Shown piece by piece: positions 39,926 to 50,209 of a DNA stretch of 64,000 nt (the stretch's first letter is position 1; every line of letters starts with the position of its first letter). Source of the DNA: Pseudomonadales bacterium. Lineage in GTDB: Bacteria; Pseudomonadota; Gammaproteobacteria; Pseudomonadales; UBA7434. Under the pieces are notes generated by a model. It worked only from the letters and a program-made list of their open reading frames with translations, was not told where the DNA came from and did not search any database. The stretch lies in assembly GCA_965659815.1 (NCBI GenBank), contig CBFHXO010000004.1:181-64180 (forward strand), written 5' to 3'. The position numbers and the translations under genes were made by a program.

Positions 39926-39989
39926 TGCCAGTGCCACCTTCCAGCAGCTATGTTTAAGGAGCCCCTGGCAAAGGAGATTCTCGCTTTCG

Positions 39990-40433
39990 CTAACTAAACT
40001 CCTCAGCTGAACCCTGTGCCATTATTTCGATAAACCACCCGGGAAACTGCCCGACAAATTTAGTTACGTCCCAAAAATCGCTCCAGCGATAGACCTTGCC
40101 ATCTTTCATTTCATGCATGGTAACAAAACGGTGCTCGGCGGTTTCGCCGGTATTAAAGGTCCATTTCTCGGTATGATCGATAAAAACCATATCGCCATCG
40201 GCAGCAATATGATGCGTAATTTGCTCTTGTTTATCTAAATGATCGAAAGCCATGCGCAAGCGTTTAACGGTATTCTCTGGCCCGCGCGCGCCAGGGTCGT
40301 CAGTCGGTATATCCTGGTAAAAAATCTCTTCGTGCATACAGCTTTGCATGGTTTGCCAGTCCATTGCGGCTAATGCCTGCCACATAGTCTCAACCGTTTT
40401 TTTATTTACTTCAGAACTCATAACACCACTCAA
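39990..40433 (-). CDS. NTF2-like (SnoaL / limonene-1,2-epoxide hydrolase-like) protein
   Basis: 147 aa. Size and pattern (..YQDIP.....G......L.......I..H.IAADGDMVF..H.E.W.....) fit the NTF2-fold family. Confidence 0.55.
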   Translation of the reverse strand: MSGVMSSEVNKKTVETMWQALAAMDWQTMQSCMHEEIFYQDIPTDDPGARGPENTVKRLRMAFDHLDKQEQITHHIAADGDMVFIDHTEKWTFNTGETAEHRFVTMHEMKDGKVYRWSDFWDVTKFVGQFPGWFIEIMAQGSAEEFS

Positions 40434-40523
40434 TTATTGTCAATCATCATTTAATACGAGCAGCGAGTGTAAAACAAAGCGCCACTACCGTCGCTTACGA
40501 GCTGGTAAATATCCGAACACCAC

Positions 40524-41240
40524 TTAATCGCAGCGATGCTTAAACTGACAGCGCAGCTGGAGAAAAATGGCCGCGCTTAAACCCGACCCGGCAAATAGCA
40601 TAGCCATAACCACAATTTGGTAACGCGCGGCTATCAATGGCGAAACACCCGAAAGAATTTGCCCGGTCATCATACCCGGCAAGGCAACCAACCCCACCGC
40701 GAACATGGTATTGATCACCGGAATCATACCGGTTTGAAAAGCAATGCGTTTGGCCTCATCGGCGCAACGCGCATTAGCTATTTCGGATTCAAAACGCTCA
40801 GCAGCAATACTCACCGTATTCATTGAATTGGCGAAAATCATTCCGGCTAACGGAATCATATAGCGAGGGTCGTACCAGGGATTTAAATGCAGCACGCCGA
40901 CCGTAATGGTAAACAAGGTAATACCACCACCAATAGTTAAGGCCACCAACACCAAGGGATAAAGCGTACCTCGCGAATCACTGACTGGCATTAATGCAAT
41001 CCAGCTGGCAACCGTTAGCATAACCAGCAACACCAGCGAGATAACCCAGGCCTCGGTGGCCTCGAAAATAAATACCAAAAAATAGCCAATTACGATTAGC
41101 TGAATCAGCATTCGCGCAACCGAATAGCTCGCTGTTCGCCCTTTATCGGACCAGCGAAACATAAGCGCCAACACCAGCAGCATAGGTAGCATGGCAATAG
41201 CAATTTCAAACCACTGGATTTGAACAACGCTGTCATTCAT
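40524..41240 (-). CDS. UPF0014 (YbbM/FetB-like) ABC-type permease
   Basis: 238 aa with about 7 TM segments. RMLIQLIVIGYFLVFIF resembles the FetB motif RAIIQLIIVGYVL. Confidence 0.65.
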   Translation of the reverse strand: MNDSVVQIQWFEIAIAMLPMLLVLALMFRWSDKGRTASYSVARMLIQLIVIGYFLVFIFEATEAWVISLVLLVMLTVASWIALMPVSDSRGTLYPLVLVALTIGGGITLFTITVGVLHLNPWYDPRYMIPLAGMIFANSMNTVSIAAERFESEIANARCADEAKRIAFQTGMIPVINTMFAVGLVALPGMMTGQILSGVSPLIAARYQIVVMAMLFAGSGLSAAIFLQLRCQFKHRCD

Positions 41241-41302
41241 ACAAACGAGCCCTGGGCTTGGAATCGATTATGCTCGGTGTAAAACCGCTACGTGTTAAAC
41301 GC

Positions 41303-42025
41303 TTAGGCATTAAAAAAGGTATCAAAGGCCTGCCGTACTTCGGCTTTTGCATTCGATTCGAGAAAAGTACCGTGGGCCGCCAGCAACTGTTCAAACTCCA
41401 ATTGCATCAAACGTTCAAACTCCGCTTTCATTCCCAGTTGGTCGGTGATTAAGAGTTTCATCCACATTGGGCCAATTAAGGTTTTTTTAGGAAAGCCAAT
41501 ACGTAGCATTAATAAACGGGTTAGCCAATTGGTATGCGGTGTATGCGGTGGCGTGGCATAGCTTTGAATAGCATCGCAGGTTAACAAAATGCCCGGCCCC
41601 TGCTGCAACAAAATGGCCCCCTCGGTTTCTTTCATATACTTAAACGCAAACACGCGGGCATTTGCAAACGGTAGTGCCCCGCCCTCGCTTAAAGGTTTGC
41701 TGATTGCAGGAGTGGTATAAGTTTTGCCACCTTCAAATGCCCAGAACTCGGTCTGATAGCGGTCGACATAAAAAGCGTCATCCATACCATGCATAGGCCC
41801 AAGGCGCAAAACATGAGCAACATCGCCGAGTGATTCTAGCGCTTTAAGGCCTGCCTCATCCATACGCACTGGGTTAATCAGCGTTAGCTGACCATTATTG
41901 CGAACTACCGCCATATTGCGAGTAAAGCGCACCACCGCTGCGGGCTTTACACAGCCGTGGACAACAAATAAATCATCGGCGATTTGCTTGGGTAAATCGT
42001 GGGGTAAAACGTCAGGGTAATCCAT
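41303..42025 (-). CDS. hypothetical protein (possibly a metallo-beta-lactamase-fold-like, DUF4336-like protein)
   Basis: 240 aa. GGAG lies 7 nt before the ATG at 42025. There is no canonical HxHxDH motif, so the fold assignment is weak. Confidence 0.5.
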   Translation of the reverse strand: MDYPDVLPHDLPKQIADDLFVVHGCVKPAAVVRFTRNMAVVRNNGQLTLINPVRMDEAGLKALESLGDVAHVLRLGPMHGMDDAFYVDRYQTEFWAFEGGKTYTTPAISKPLSEGGALPFANARVFAFKYMKETEGAILLQQGPGILLTCDAIQSYATPPHTPHTNWLTRLLMLRIGFPKKTLIGPMWMKLLITDQLGMKAEFERLMQLEFEQLLAAHGTFLESNAKAEVRQAFDTFFNA

Positions 42026-42051
42026 CAATGGACTCCGGCATCGCGCATCGA

Positions 42052-42079
42052 CTATCGGCTATCGGCTATCGGCTATCGG
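42052..42079. repeat. heptamer CTATCGG x4 (perfect) in the 5' leader of the gene starting at 42025
   Basis: Read directly; it lies 27 nt upstream of the ATG. Confidence 0.9.
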
Positions 42080-42482
42080 CCATGCGCGCATTCTCTAGCA
42101 AAGCGTTCGCAGAGATGATATTTCAAAATAGCGTTAGAGTCTTGCCCCCTAACCCTGCGGCTCTGATCTCGCTTATATTCAATCAGAGGTTAATCGGCGC
42201 CTGCTTTACTTCAATATTTCAGCCGCAAAACCTAAAACTTATGTATCTTCAATTGATATTATCATTGAAAGATGGCATTGCCATTGCCAATATCCCCTAG
42301 ATAGTCTGTTGGTTTTCGTGGCTGATGTCGCAATTGGTCTAAGGCAACGTTTTTGGCATTACGAAATAAATAGGATTTGGGCTGCGCGCTACGCGCTTGT
42401 TGCTGATTGCTGCGCAATCGGTGAACCTGGTATACGCTCGGCGATGCCTCGCTAACGAACAAACTCGCTGTCGCGGACAAAT

Positions 42483-42520
42483 AAAAAAGGCCCTCCCATA
42501 AACACGGGTGGGCCTTTTTT
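42483..42520. terminator. bidirectional Rho-independent terminator downstream of tRNA-Pro
   Basis: AAAAAA-GGCCCTCCC-loop-GGGTGGGCC-TTTTTT. Confidence 0.75.
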
Positions 42521-42523
42521 ATT

Positions 42524-42600
42524 TGGTCGGGACGGCAGGATTTGAACCTGCGACCACCACACCCCCAGTGTGGTGCGCTACCAGACTGCGCTACGCCCCG
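42524..42600 (-). tRNA. tRNA-Pro (anticodon GGG)
   Basis: The reverse complement folds as a cloverleaf: CGGGGCG TA GCGC AGTCTGGTA GCGC A CCACA CTGGGGG TGTGG TGGTC GCAGG TTCAAAT CCTGC CGTCCCG A CCA. Confidence 0.95.
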
Positions 42601-42728
42601 ATTAACTTTTAACTGTTCTATTATCTCCGAGCTGGGTGTGGTGGTCTCCCACTCACTACGGCCGCTCATGCTGTGAAGCCGCGCGATTATAGCTTTTGTT
42701 AAACCGTAAATCACCGGTTTTTTAACGT

Positions 42729-44273
42729 TTAATCCAATAATAATCCCGCATCTTGCAACTTTCGTATCGCCGGCATCAATAACTTACGATACGGCTTCCA
42801 ACGCTTAACCGACGAACCGTAAACCGGCTGCCGAATCTGCAACCGACTTACCGTATTCACCGCCTTTTCACTGCGGTAAAAATCCAACATGCCCGAATCC
42901 CAGGGCAATTCACAAAACACACAAAGCCGCTTTAACTCCACTTCAGGCTCAGCAACCAGTTGCTCGTATTGCATAGTAATAAACCCACTACCAAACTGCT
43001 CACCCCAGTGCGCAATTAAGCGACGATAAGCAATGTAATAATCTGCTAATGCCTCAAGATCACTGGTATAAGCCAGGTCATTAAAGGAGTTTTGATAACA
43101 ACTTAATATCGTATCCAGCGGGTTCCGCTCCAAGACGACAACCTTGGCATTGGCAAATAACGATAAAATTAAACCGATAATACGATAGTTGTCTAACGAC
43201 TTGTCTACATAGACCGGTGTCGATACCATACCGCCAATATAATCCTGATAGGCACGCATAAACTGCACTACCGACGCATTATTCAGCTCTGGCAACAGCG
43301 CAGGTCGTATTGGCCCATAACCCATGCGCGAATCAGTCACCGATAAACAGCGCTCCAATAAACAACTCTCGCCGGTCGCAGTAACCTCAGCATGCTGCGC
43401 TAACATTTGCTCTAGCATCGTTGAACCACTGCGCGGCATACCAACAATAAATATCGGCATTGGCGAATCAACAGCACAATACTCAGCATAGCGATTTAAA
43501 TAACCTTCAAAATACCCAGCATCAAATTGCTGTATCGTTTGAGCAATAACACGTTGGTTATGCAGCGTATCAAAAGGTTTAACCCTTTGTTGCTGATCAT
43601 TGGCACGCTTTAAACTTTGCATTTCGCGCGGCAGCTCTCCTAACTGACGCCAATAAGCCGCAATGGCAAAACCCAACTGCGCCGCATCAGTGGCAGATGT
43701 GCTTTTTTTCTTAAGCAATAACTGCATTTTATCAAGGTCTTTACGACTAAACTGCGTAATACCAATGAGCTGAAACCAGGCCGCAGCACACTGCTTGTTT
43801 TTCTTTATTACCTCTCTAAAAGCAAGCGCTGCTCGCTCTGTATCGCCACTTTCAACCAAACTTAAACCCAGCGAGAAATGCAATTCCCAGCTGTTGGGGT
43901 GTAACGCAATACCCCCATCAAGATGATTAATCGCTTGATCATGCCGCTCTAGCTTGCGCAGCAAATCACCTTTCATTAATAAAAAATTCTGATGCTGCGA
44001 ATCCAGCGCCAGCGCTGAATCGCAAAGCTGTAACCTCACATTTAAATCAACGCCTTGTAAATCGAGAATATAGGCTTTCATCCATAACAGCGGTAAGTAC
44101 TGCGGCTGCTGGTCTAATAGCTGGTCGGTAATCGTTAAAGCCTGCGGCAATTGACCCGCGCTAATAAGATCAGCAATGGTTTGGTAAGCCTGGGCTAAAG
44201 ATAAGCTGCTGGGGGAAGTGAAGGCCGTTGCCCGAAAGGTCACTACGGTAGCATTCGGATCGATAGTATTCAT
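42729..44273 (-). CDS. TPR-repeat sulfotransferase family protein
   Basis: 514 aa. N-terminal TPR-like repeats. Sulfotransferase motifs GMPRSGSTML and LERNPLDTILSCY. It is a paralogue of the 29376-31028 protein but lacks the SEC-C motif. Confidence 0.8.
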   Translation of the reverse strand: MNTIDPNATVVTFRATAFTSPSSLSLAQAYQTIADLISAGQLPQALTITDQLLDQQPQYLPLLWMKAYILDLQGVDLNVRLQLCDSALALDSQHQNFLLMKGDLLRKLERHDQAINHLDGGIALHPNSWELHFSLGLSLVESGDTERAALAFREVIKKNKQCAAAWFQLIGITQFSRKDLDKMQLLLKKKSTSATDAAQLGFAIAAYWRQLGELPREMQSLKRANDQQQRVKPFDTLHNQRVIAQTIQQFDAGYFEGYLNRYAEYCAVDSPMPIFIVGMPRSGSTMLEQMLAQHAEVTATGESCLLERCLSVTDSRMGYGPIRPALLPELNNASVVQFMRAYQDYIGGMVSTPVYVDKSLDNYRIIGLILSLFANAKVVVLERNPLDTILSCYQNSFNDLAYTSDLEALADYYIAYRRLIAHWGEQFGSGFITMQYEQLVAEPEVELKRLCVFCELPWDSGMLDFYRSEKAVNTVSRLQIRQPVYGSSVKRWKPYRKLLMPAIRKLQDAGLLLD

Positions 44274-44362
44274 CTACTTATACTTTGATCAATGACTGCG
44301 GTGATTATCCCTACTTTAATCGCTGTTATAACCGCGGCGGGCAACTTTTGATGGGTAAATTT

Positions 44363-44419
44363 CTATTGGTAACTTGTTATTGGTAACTTGTTATTGGTAA
44401 CTTTGCTATCGGTAACTTT
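44363..44419. repeat. 14-bp tandem repeat (TTATTGGTAACTTG; two perfect and two degenerate copies)
   Basis: Read directly; it lies 90-146 nt upstream of the sulfotransferase start. Confidence 0.85.
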
Positions 44420-44494
44420 ATAATTTGTTAAACAAGGGTATTGTCGGTAAAAAAACCAGAAGCTCGTGCGAAACAGCAAAGCATAGCAATATCG

Positions 44495-44851
44495 CTATGC
44501 TCGCAACACATCCAGTACGTCTTCGAGCTCACCAATCATCTGGCGCAGCAACTGCTGCGATTGCGTACCATCATCTTTGGCTTTTTCACCGTTTAACTGA
44601 AGGCGGGCGCCCCCAATGGTATAACCCTGATCGTATAATAGACTACGAATCTGACGAATCATAATCACATCTTGACGCTGGTAGTAACGACGGTTACCAC
44701 GGCGCTTAACAGGCTTAAGCTGCGGAAATTCCTGCTCCCAGTAACGCAGTACGTGCGGCTTTACAGCGCACAAGTCACTGACTTCACCAATGGTAAAATA
44801 ACGCTTTCCGGGTATGACCGGGAGCTCTTCGTTATTGCTCGGTTCCAGCAT
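44495..44851 (-). CDS. MerR-family transcriptional regulator
   Basis: 118 aa with [28 protein letters not shown]. It overlaps the ihfA 3' end. As I recall, it is a conserved partner downstream of pheT-ihfA. Confidence 0.85.
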   Translation of the reverse strand: MLEPSNNEELPVIPGKRYFTIGEVSDLCAVKPHVLRYWEQEFPQLKPVKRRGNRRYYQRQDVIMIRQIRSLLYDQGYTIGGARLQLNGEKAKDDGTQSQQLLRQMIGELEDVLDVLRA

Positions 44852-45131
44852 AGGTTTCTACTTGTTGTTTCAGTTTTTGTCCGGGTTTGAATGTTACCAC
44901 GCGACGCGCTGAAATTGGAATTTCTTCACCCGTTTTCGGGTTTCTTCCGGGACGCTGTTTTTTATCACGTAAATCAAAGTTGCCAAAACCCGACAGCTTT
45001 ACGTTTTCATTGGATTCAAGCGCCGCTCGAATTTCTTCAAAAAATAATTCTACAATTTCTTTCGCTTCGCGCTTATTTAATCCCAGCTCATCAAATAACC
45101 GCTCGGCCATTTCTGCCTTGGTTAGAGCCAT
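44832..45131 (-). CDS. ihfA: integration host factor subunit alpha
   Basis: 99 aa. [24 protein letters not shown]. Confidence 0.96.
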   Translation of the reverse strand: MALTKAEMAERLFDELGLNKREAKEIVELFFEEIRAALESNENVKLSGFGNFDLRDKKQRPGRNPKTGEEIPISARRVVTFKPGQKLKQQVETYAGTEQ

Positions 45132-45137
45132 AATTAA

Positions 45138-47558
45138 TCACCTCAAGGATGCATTAAACCGTTGTTTTAACGACGTCACCACGCCATCAGTCAACGTGTT
45201 AACCTCGTCCTCGTTTAACGTGCGCTCCCGATGCTGCCACGTTAGTGCCAAACCAATACTTTGCTTACCTTCCTCAATGCCAGCACCACTGTATTGGTCA
45301 AAGACAACCAGTGAAACAAGATGCGCTGTTGCCGCTTCTTTCGCACAACCAACTACGTCAGCCGCGCTCACACTGCTGTCTACAACTACCGCCAGATCCC
45401 TTCTCACTTCAGGAAACTTCGATAATTCTTTGAATTCTGGCACTTTTTTGGCAGAAATCAAGTTTAATTGCAGCTCAAAAACCCAAACTTCTTGGTCAAT
45501 ATCCAACTTTTTCGACAATTCAGGGTGTAATAGACCCAGATAGCCTACTGCTTGATCAGCTAAATACACTACCGCTCCCTGCCCCGGATGCAAGGCAGCC
45601 ACTGGGCTGGCGTCGGAAATGGGCACAAAACGTACCGCACTTTGCACCCCAGTTTCGCCACTCAGTGCCAGCAGCGCCTCAACATCGGCCTTAAGATCAT
45701 AATAATCAAATAAATCAGCGCTTTGTGATTTTGGTCCGGTTGATTCACGACTGCTAAGCCACGATTCCGGTGATCGCGTACCACAAAGCAAACCCGCTAA
45801 TAGCGGCATTTGGTCTAAAGTTTCACCCTGCGGCCTAAAACCCAAACCGGTTTCAAAGAGCTTTAACCGCGTTTGCTGGCGGTTCAGATTGTACTTGGCA
45901 GCCGACACAATACCCGGCAGGATACTGGTGCGCATAGTGGCCATATCGCTGGCGATCGGGTTAAGTAACTCAACTGCTTTGGCATACGGGTTGAATAACT
46001 GCTGCAACTCCGGGTCGATAAAACTGTAAGTAATGGTTTCGCGATAACCGCTGGCAATTAACTGACGACGAAATGCTGCTGTCGATAGTTGCGCCTCTGA
46101 GCGCTCACTAAAGGTAAGCCTGGCAACAGGCGGCTCTACCGGCAACTGCTCATAACCGTAAATACGCGCAAGCTCTTCGAGTAAGTCGGCCTCTGTTGCA
46201 ATATCAAATCGATGCGAAGGCACCGTCACCTGCCAACCACCTTCTACCTGTGCTGGCGATAGGTCTAGTCGCGTTAAAATACCCTCAACCCGCTCGGCAG
46301 GAATAGCAAAACCCAACACCCGTTTAATTTGCTGTTCACGTAATAATACCGTAGCAGGTGCCGCCGCCGCATTGGCATCAACCAGCGTGACAGGCCCGGC
46401 CGAACCACCCACAATAGCCAGTAGTAATTCAGTGGCGCGCTCAATGGCTCGCTGTTGCAAACCCGAATCTACGCCGCGTTCATAACGATGCGAAGCATCG
46501 GTGTGCAAACCCAGCTTGCGTGCTTTACCTGCGTGTTGCTCGGGCACAAAAAATGCCGACTCTAAAAATACATTGCACGTACCGGCTGAAACACCCGATG
46601 CGTCGCCGCCCATAATGCCTGCCAGTGCCAATGCCTGTTTCTGGTCGGCAATCACCAACATATCTTCGTCCAGCTCTACTTCTTTTTCGTCGAGCAGCAC
46701 CAGTTTTTCACCCGGGTTTGCGCGACGCACGTTAATACCACCTTCGAGCTTGTCCAGATCAAAAGCATGCAGCGGCTGACCCAACTCCATCATTACGTAA
46801 TTGGTGACATCGACCACCGGGTCGATAGAGCGCATATCGGCACGGCGGAGTTTTTCACGCATCCATAGCGGTGTTTCAGCGCCAAGATCAATATCGCGAA
46901 TGACCCTGCCCGCATAGCGAGGGCAATAGTCTTCTGCACTCAATGTAATAGGAAAGCTATCGTCAATGCTCGCGGCAACCGCTGTTACGCCGTGGGCCGT
47001 GACATCGGTTGTGGTTAACACCCCGGTTTCACGTGCCACACCGTTAATCGACAGACAATCGCCACGGTTAGGGGTTAAATCGACTTCAATCACCGGATCA
47101 TCAAGATCCAGGTATTCACGCAGGTTTTGTCCCACAGTCGCATCGTTAGGCAATACCAGCAAACCGTCGACAACATCCTCAAGACCCAGCTCAGACGCAC
47201 CACACAACATCCCCGACGAGGCCACGCCGCGTAACTCAGCCTGGTTAATTGTCATATCACCAGGCAACACTGCACCAACCTGGGCAAAGGGAACTTTTAA
47301 ACCAACCGCAGCATTTTTGGCGCCGCAAACCACCTGGCTCTCACTACTGCCATTGCTGACCTGACAAACCCGCAGCTTTTTAGCATCGGGGTGTGGCTCA
47401 ATAGCCATAATTTCGCCGACGACCACACCGGTAAATGCGGGGGCTGCGGACTCTACACCATCGACCTCGAGGCCCGCCATAGTTAACAGGTGAATTAATT
47501 GTTCGGTTTTAACGTCGGGGTTAACCCACTCGCGCAACCAGGATTCACTGACTTTCAT
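45138..47558 (-). CDS. pheT: phenylalanine--tRNA ligase beta subunit
   Basis: 806 aa. MKVSESWLREWV N-terminus with tRNA-binding, B3/4, B5 and FDX-ACB domains. Confidence 0.97.
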   Translation of the reverse strand: MKVSESWLREWVNPDVKTEQLIHLLTMAGLEVDGVESAAPAFTGVVVGEIMAIEPHPDAKKLRVCQVSNGSSESQVVCGAKNAAVGLKVPFAQVGAVLPGDMTINQAELRGVASSGMLCGASELGLEDVVDGLLVLPNDATVGQNLREYLDLDDPVIEVDLTPNRGDCLSINGVARETGVLTTTDVTAHGVTAVAASIDDSFPITLSAEDYCPRYAGRVIRDIDLGAETPLWMREKLRRADMRSIDPVVDVTNYVMMELGQPLHAFDLDKLEGGINVRRANPGEKLVLLDEKEVELDEDMLVIADQKQALALAGIMGGDASGVSAGTCNVFLESAFFVPEQHAGKARKLGLHTDASHRYERGVDSGLQQRAIERATELLLAIVGGSAGPVTLVDANAAAAPATVLLREQQIKRVLGFAIPAERVEGILTRLDLSPAQVEGGWQVTVPSHRFDIATEADLLEELARIYGYEQLPVEPPVARLTFSERSEAQLSTAAFRRQLIASGYRETITYSFIDPELQQLFNPYAKAVELLNPIASDMATMRTSILPGIVSAAKYNLNRQQTRLKLFETGLGFRPQGETLDQMPLLAGLLCGTRSPESWLSSRESTGPKSQSADLFDYYDLKADVEALLALSGETGVQSAVRFVPISDASPVAALHPGQGAVVYLADQAVGYLGLLHPELSKKLDIDQEVWVFELQLNLISAKKVPEFKELSKFPEVRRDLAVVVDSSVSAADVVGCAKEAATAHLVSLVVFDQYSGAGIEEGKQSIGLALTWQHRERTLNEDEVNTLTDGVVTSLKQRFNASLR

Positions 47559-47620
47559 GTTTATATCCTAAACTCGAACCACTTGTTATTGATTTTTCAA
47601 TTTGCGCTGCACCATTTTGC

Positions 47621-48810
<1,190 letters not shown>

Positions 48811-48879
48811 TTAACGTCGATCAAACCGGGGCGTTCAACATTACCCCATACCGCGCGCAAATATTGCGAGCGGCAAAGT

Positions 48880-49236
48880 CTAGGCGAGTGCCGACTTGGC
48901 CGTCTCGACGACTTTGGTAAACGCCGCTTTGTCGTGCACAGCCAAATCGGCGAGTACGCGACGATCAAGCATAACATCGGCTTTTTTCAAACCCGCAATT
49001 AAACGGCTGTAGTTTAAGCCGTTAGCGCGCGATGCCGCATTGATACGGGTAATCCAAAGTGCTCTGAACTGGCGCTTGCGCTGGCGACGGTCGCGGTAAG
49101 CGTATTGCGCCGCTTTGGTCACCGCCTGTTTGGCAACGCGAAATACGCGCGAACGCGCACCGTAGTAGCCTTTGGCTTGCTTCAGAATTTTTTTGTGGCG
49201 ACGACGTGCAACCACTCCACGTTTGACTCGAGGCAT
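48880..49236 (-). CDS. rplT: 50S ribosomal protein L20
   Basis: 118 aa. [30 protein letters not shown]. Confidence 0.97.
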   Translation of the reverse strand: MPRVKRGVVARRRHKKILKQAKGYYGARSRVFRVAKQAVTKAAQYAYRDRRQRKRQFRALWITRINAASRANGLNYSRLIAGLKKADVMLDRRVLADLAVHDKAAFTKVVETAKSALA

Positions 49237-49271
49237 TATCTTCTCCTAAAAATAGTAGCGTTTAAAATCAG

Positions 49272-49466
49272 TTAGTTGTTGCGCATCATCTTATCGATTA
49301 ACGGCTTGTCGGCCGCGTCGATAATTGAAGTGCCGCGTAACTGACGCTTACGCTTGGTGGTCATTTTAGTGAGGATATGGCTTTTATTAGCGCTTTTACG
49401 CTTATAACCAGCCCCGGTTTTTTTAAAGCGCTTAGCAGCGCCGCTGTGTACTTTTGCTTTTGGCAT
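49272..49466 (-). CDS. rpmI: 50S ribosomal protein L35
   Basis: 64 aa. [18 protein letters not shown]. Confidence 0.95.
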   Translation of the reverse strand: MPKAKVHSGAAKRFKKTGAGYKRKSANKSHILTKMTTKRKRQLRGTSIIDAADKPLIDKMMRNN

Positions 49467-49583
49467 TTTAAAACTCGCATTGTTTAAGTAATAAATGACG
49501 GCCCTGTGCGTTGAGTTCGCTAAAGTGCGACACTAAACACGGTGAGCTCTCGCCGTAAAATCAAGCAGGCTGTATAAATCTAC

Positions 49584-50108
49584 CTACTTGTGCTTTTTAG
49601 GGGCAATGACCATAGTCATTTGACGGCCTTCCATTTTTGGAAACTGTTCGACCGTACCCAGTTCAGCGAGGTCAGCTTCGACCCGTTTGAGTAGCTCCAC
49701 TCCGAGCTCCTGGTGAGCCATTTCACGACCGCGAAACCGCAGCGTAACCTTGGCTTTATCCCCTGCTTCGAGGAAACGTGTCAGGTTGCGTAGTTTGACC
49801 TGATAGTCTCCGTCTTCCGTCCCAGGACGAAATTTCATTTCCTTGATTTGCGTTTGCTTTTGCTTCTTCTTTGAGGCCGCTTTTTTCTTTTTGATATCAA
49901 ACAAATGTTTGCCGTAGTCCATGATCTTGCAGACCACAGGGTCGCTATCTCCGGCAATTTGAACCAAATCGAGCGAGGCCTCCTGTGCCATGGCCAGCGC
50001 CTCGGCAGTAGGCACAACACCTACCTGCTCTCCATCGGCTCCTATTAATCGAACCTGTGGCGCTTCAACGGCTTCATTTATGATGGCGCGTTTATCTTTT
50101 CCTTTCAC
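49584..50108 (-). CDS. infC: translation initiation factor IF-3
   Basis: 174 aa. The start codon is GTG with GAGGT upstream. It aligns with the position of the E. coli non-AUG (AUU) start. Confidence 0.95.
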   Translation of the reverse strand: MKGKDKRAIINEAVEAPQVRLIGADGEQVGVVPTAEALAMAQEASLDLVQIAGDSDPVVCKIMDYGKHLFDIKKKKAASKKKQKQTQIKEMKFRPGTEDGDYQVKLRNLTRFLEAGDKAKVTLRFRGREMAHQELGVELLKRVEADLAELGTVEQFPKMEGRQMTMVIAPKKHK

Positions 50109-50209
50109 GCTGTCTTACCTCGATTGCTAAGACCTGCTTCACCAACTTGAACAGCCATTTGTATTTGCTTAATAATCAAATCTCCAGTAATTAATAAATC
50201 ACTTTAATA

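Noticed and set aside
42249-42270. The near-palindrome TTCAATTGATATTATCATTGAA, as a possible Fur box.
   Set aside because: Only the TGATA-T-TATCA core matches. The Fur 7-1-7 (TGATAAT-N-ATTATCA) or 19-bp consensus is not satisfied, and no iron-related gene is downstream.
42262-42714. A 150-aa ORF on the minus strand spanning the tRNA-Pro gene and its terminator.
   Set aside because: It runs straight through a canonical tRNA cloverleaf and an intrinsic terminator. There is no SD and the sequence is not protein-like.
42483-44420. A genomic island integrated at tRNA-Pro.
   Set aside because: I noticed no integrase, no phage or IS genes and no direct repeat of the tRNA 3' end. Only one gene (the sulfotransferase) lies between the tRNA and the conserved pheT-ihfA-merR block.
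44887-45543. A 218-aa plus-strand ORF antisense to ihfA and pheT. Many similar antisense ORFs lie inside lepA, rseB, thrS, glpK, zwf, nrdA and others.
   Set aside because: These are shadow ORFs opposite highly conserved genes. They are Ser/Arg/Thr-rich translations typical of antisense frames.
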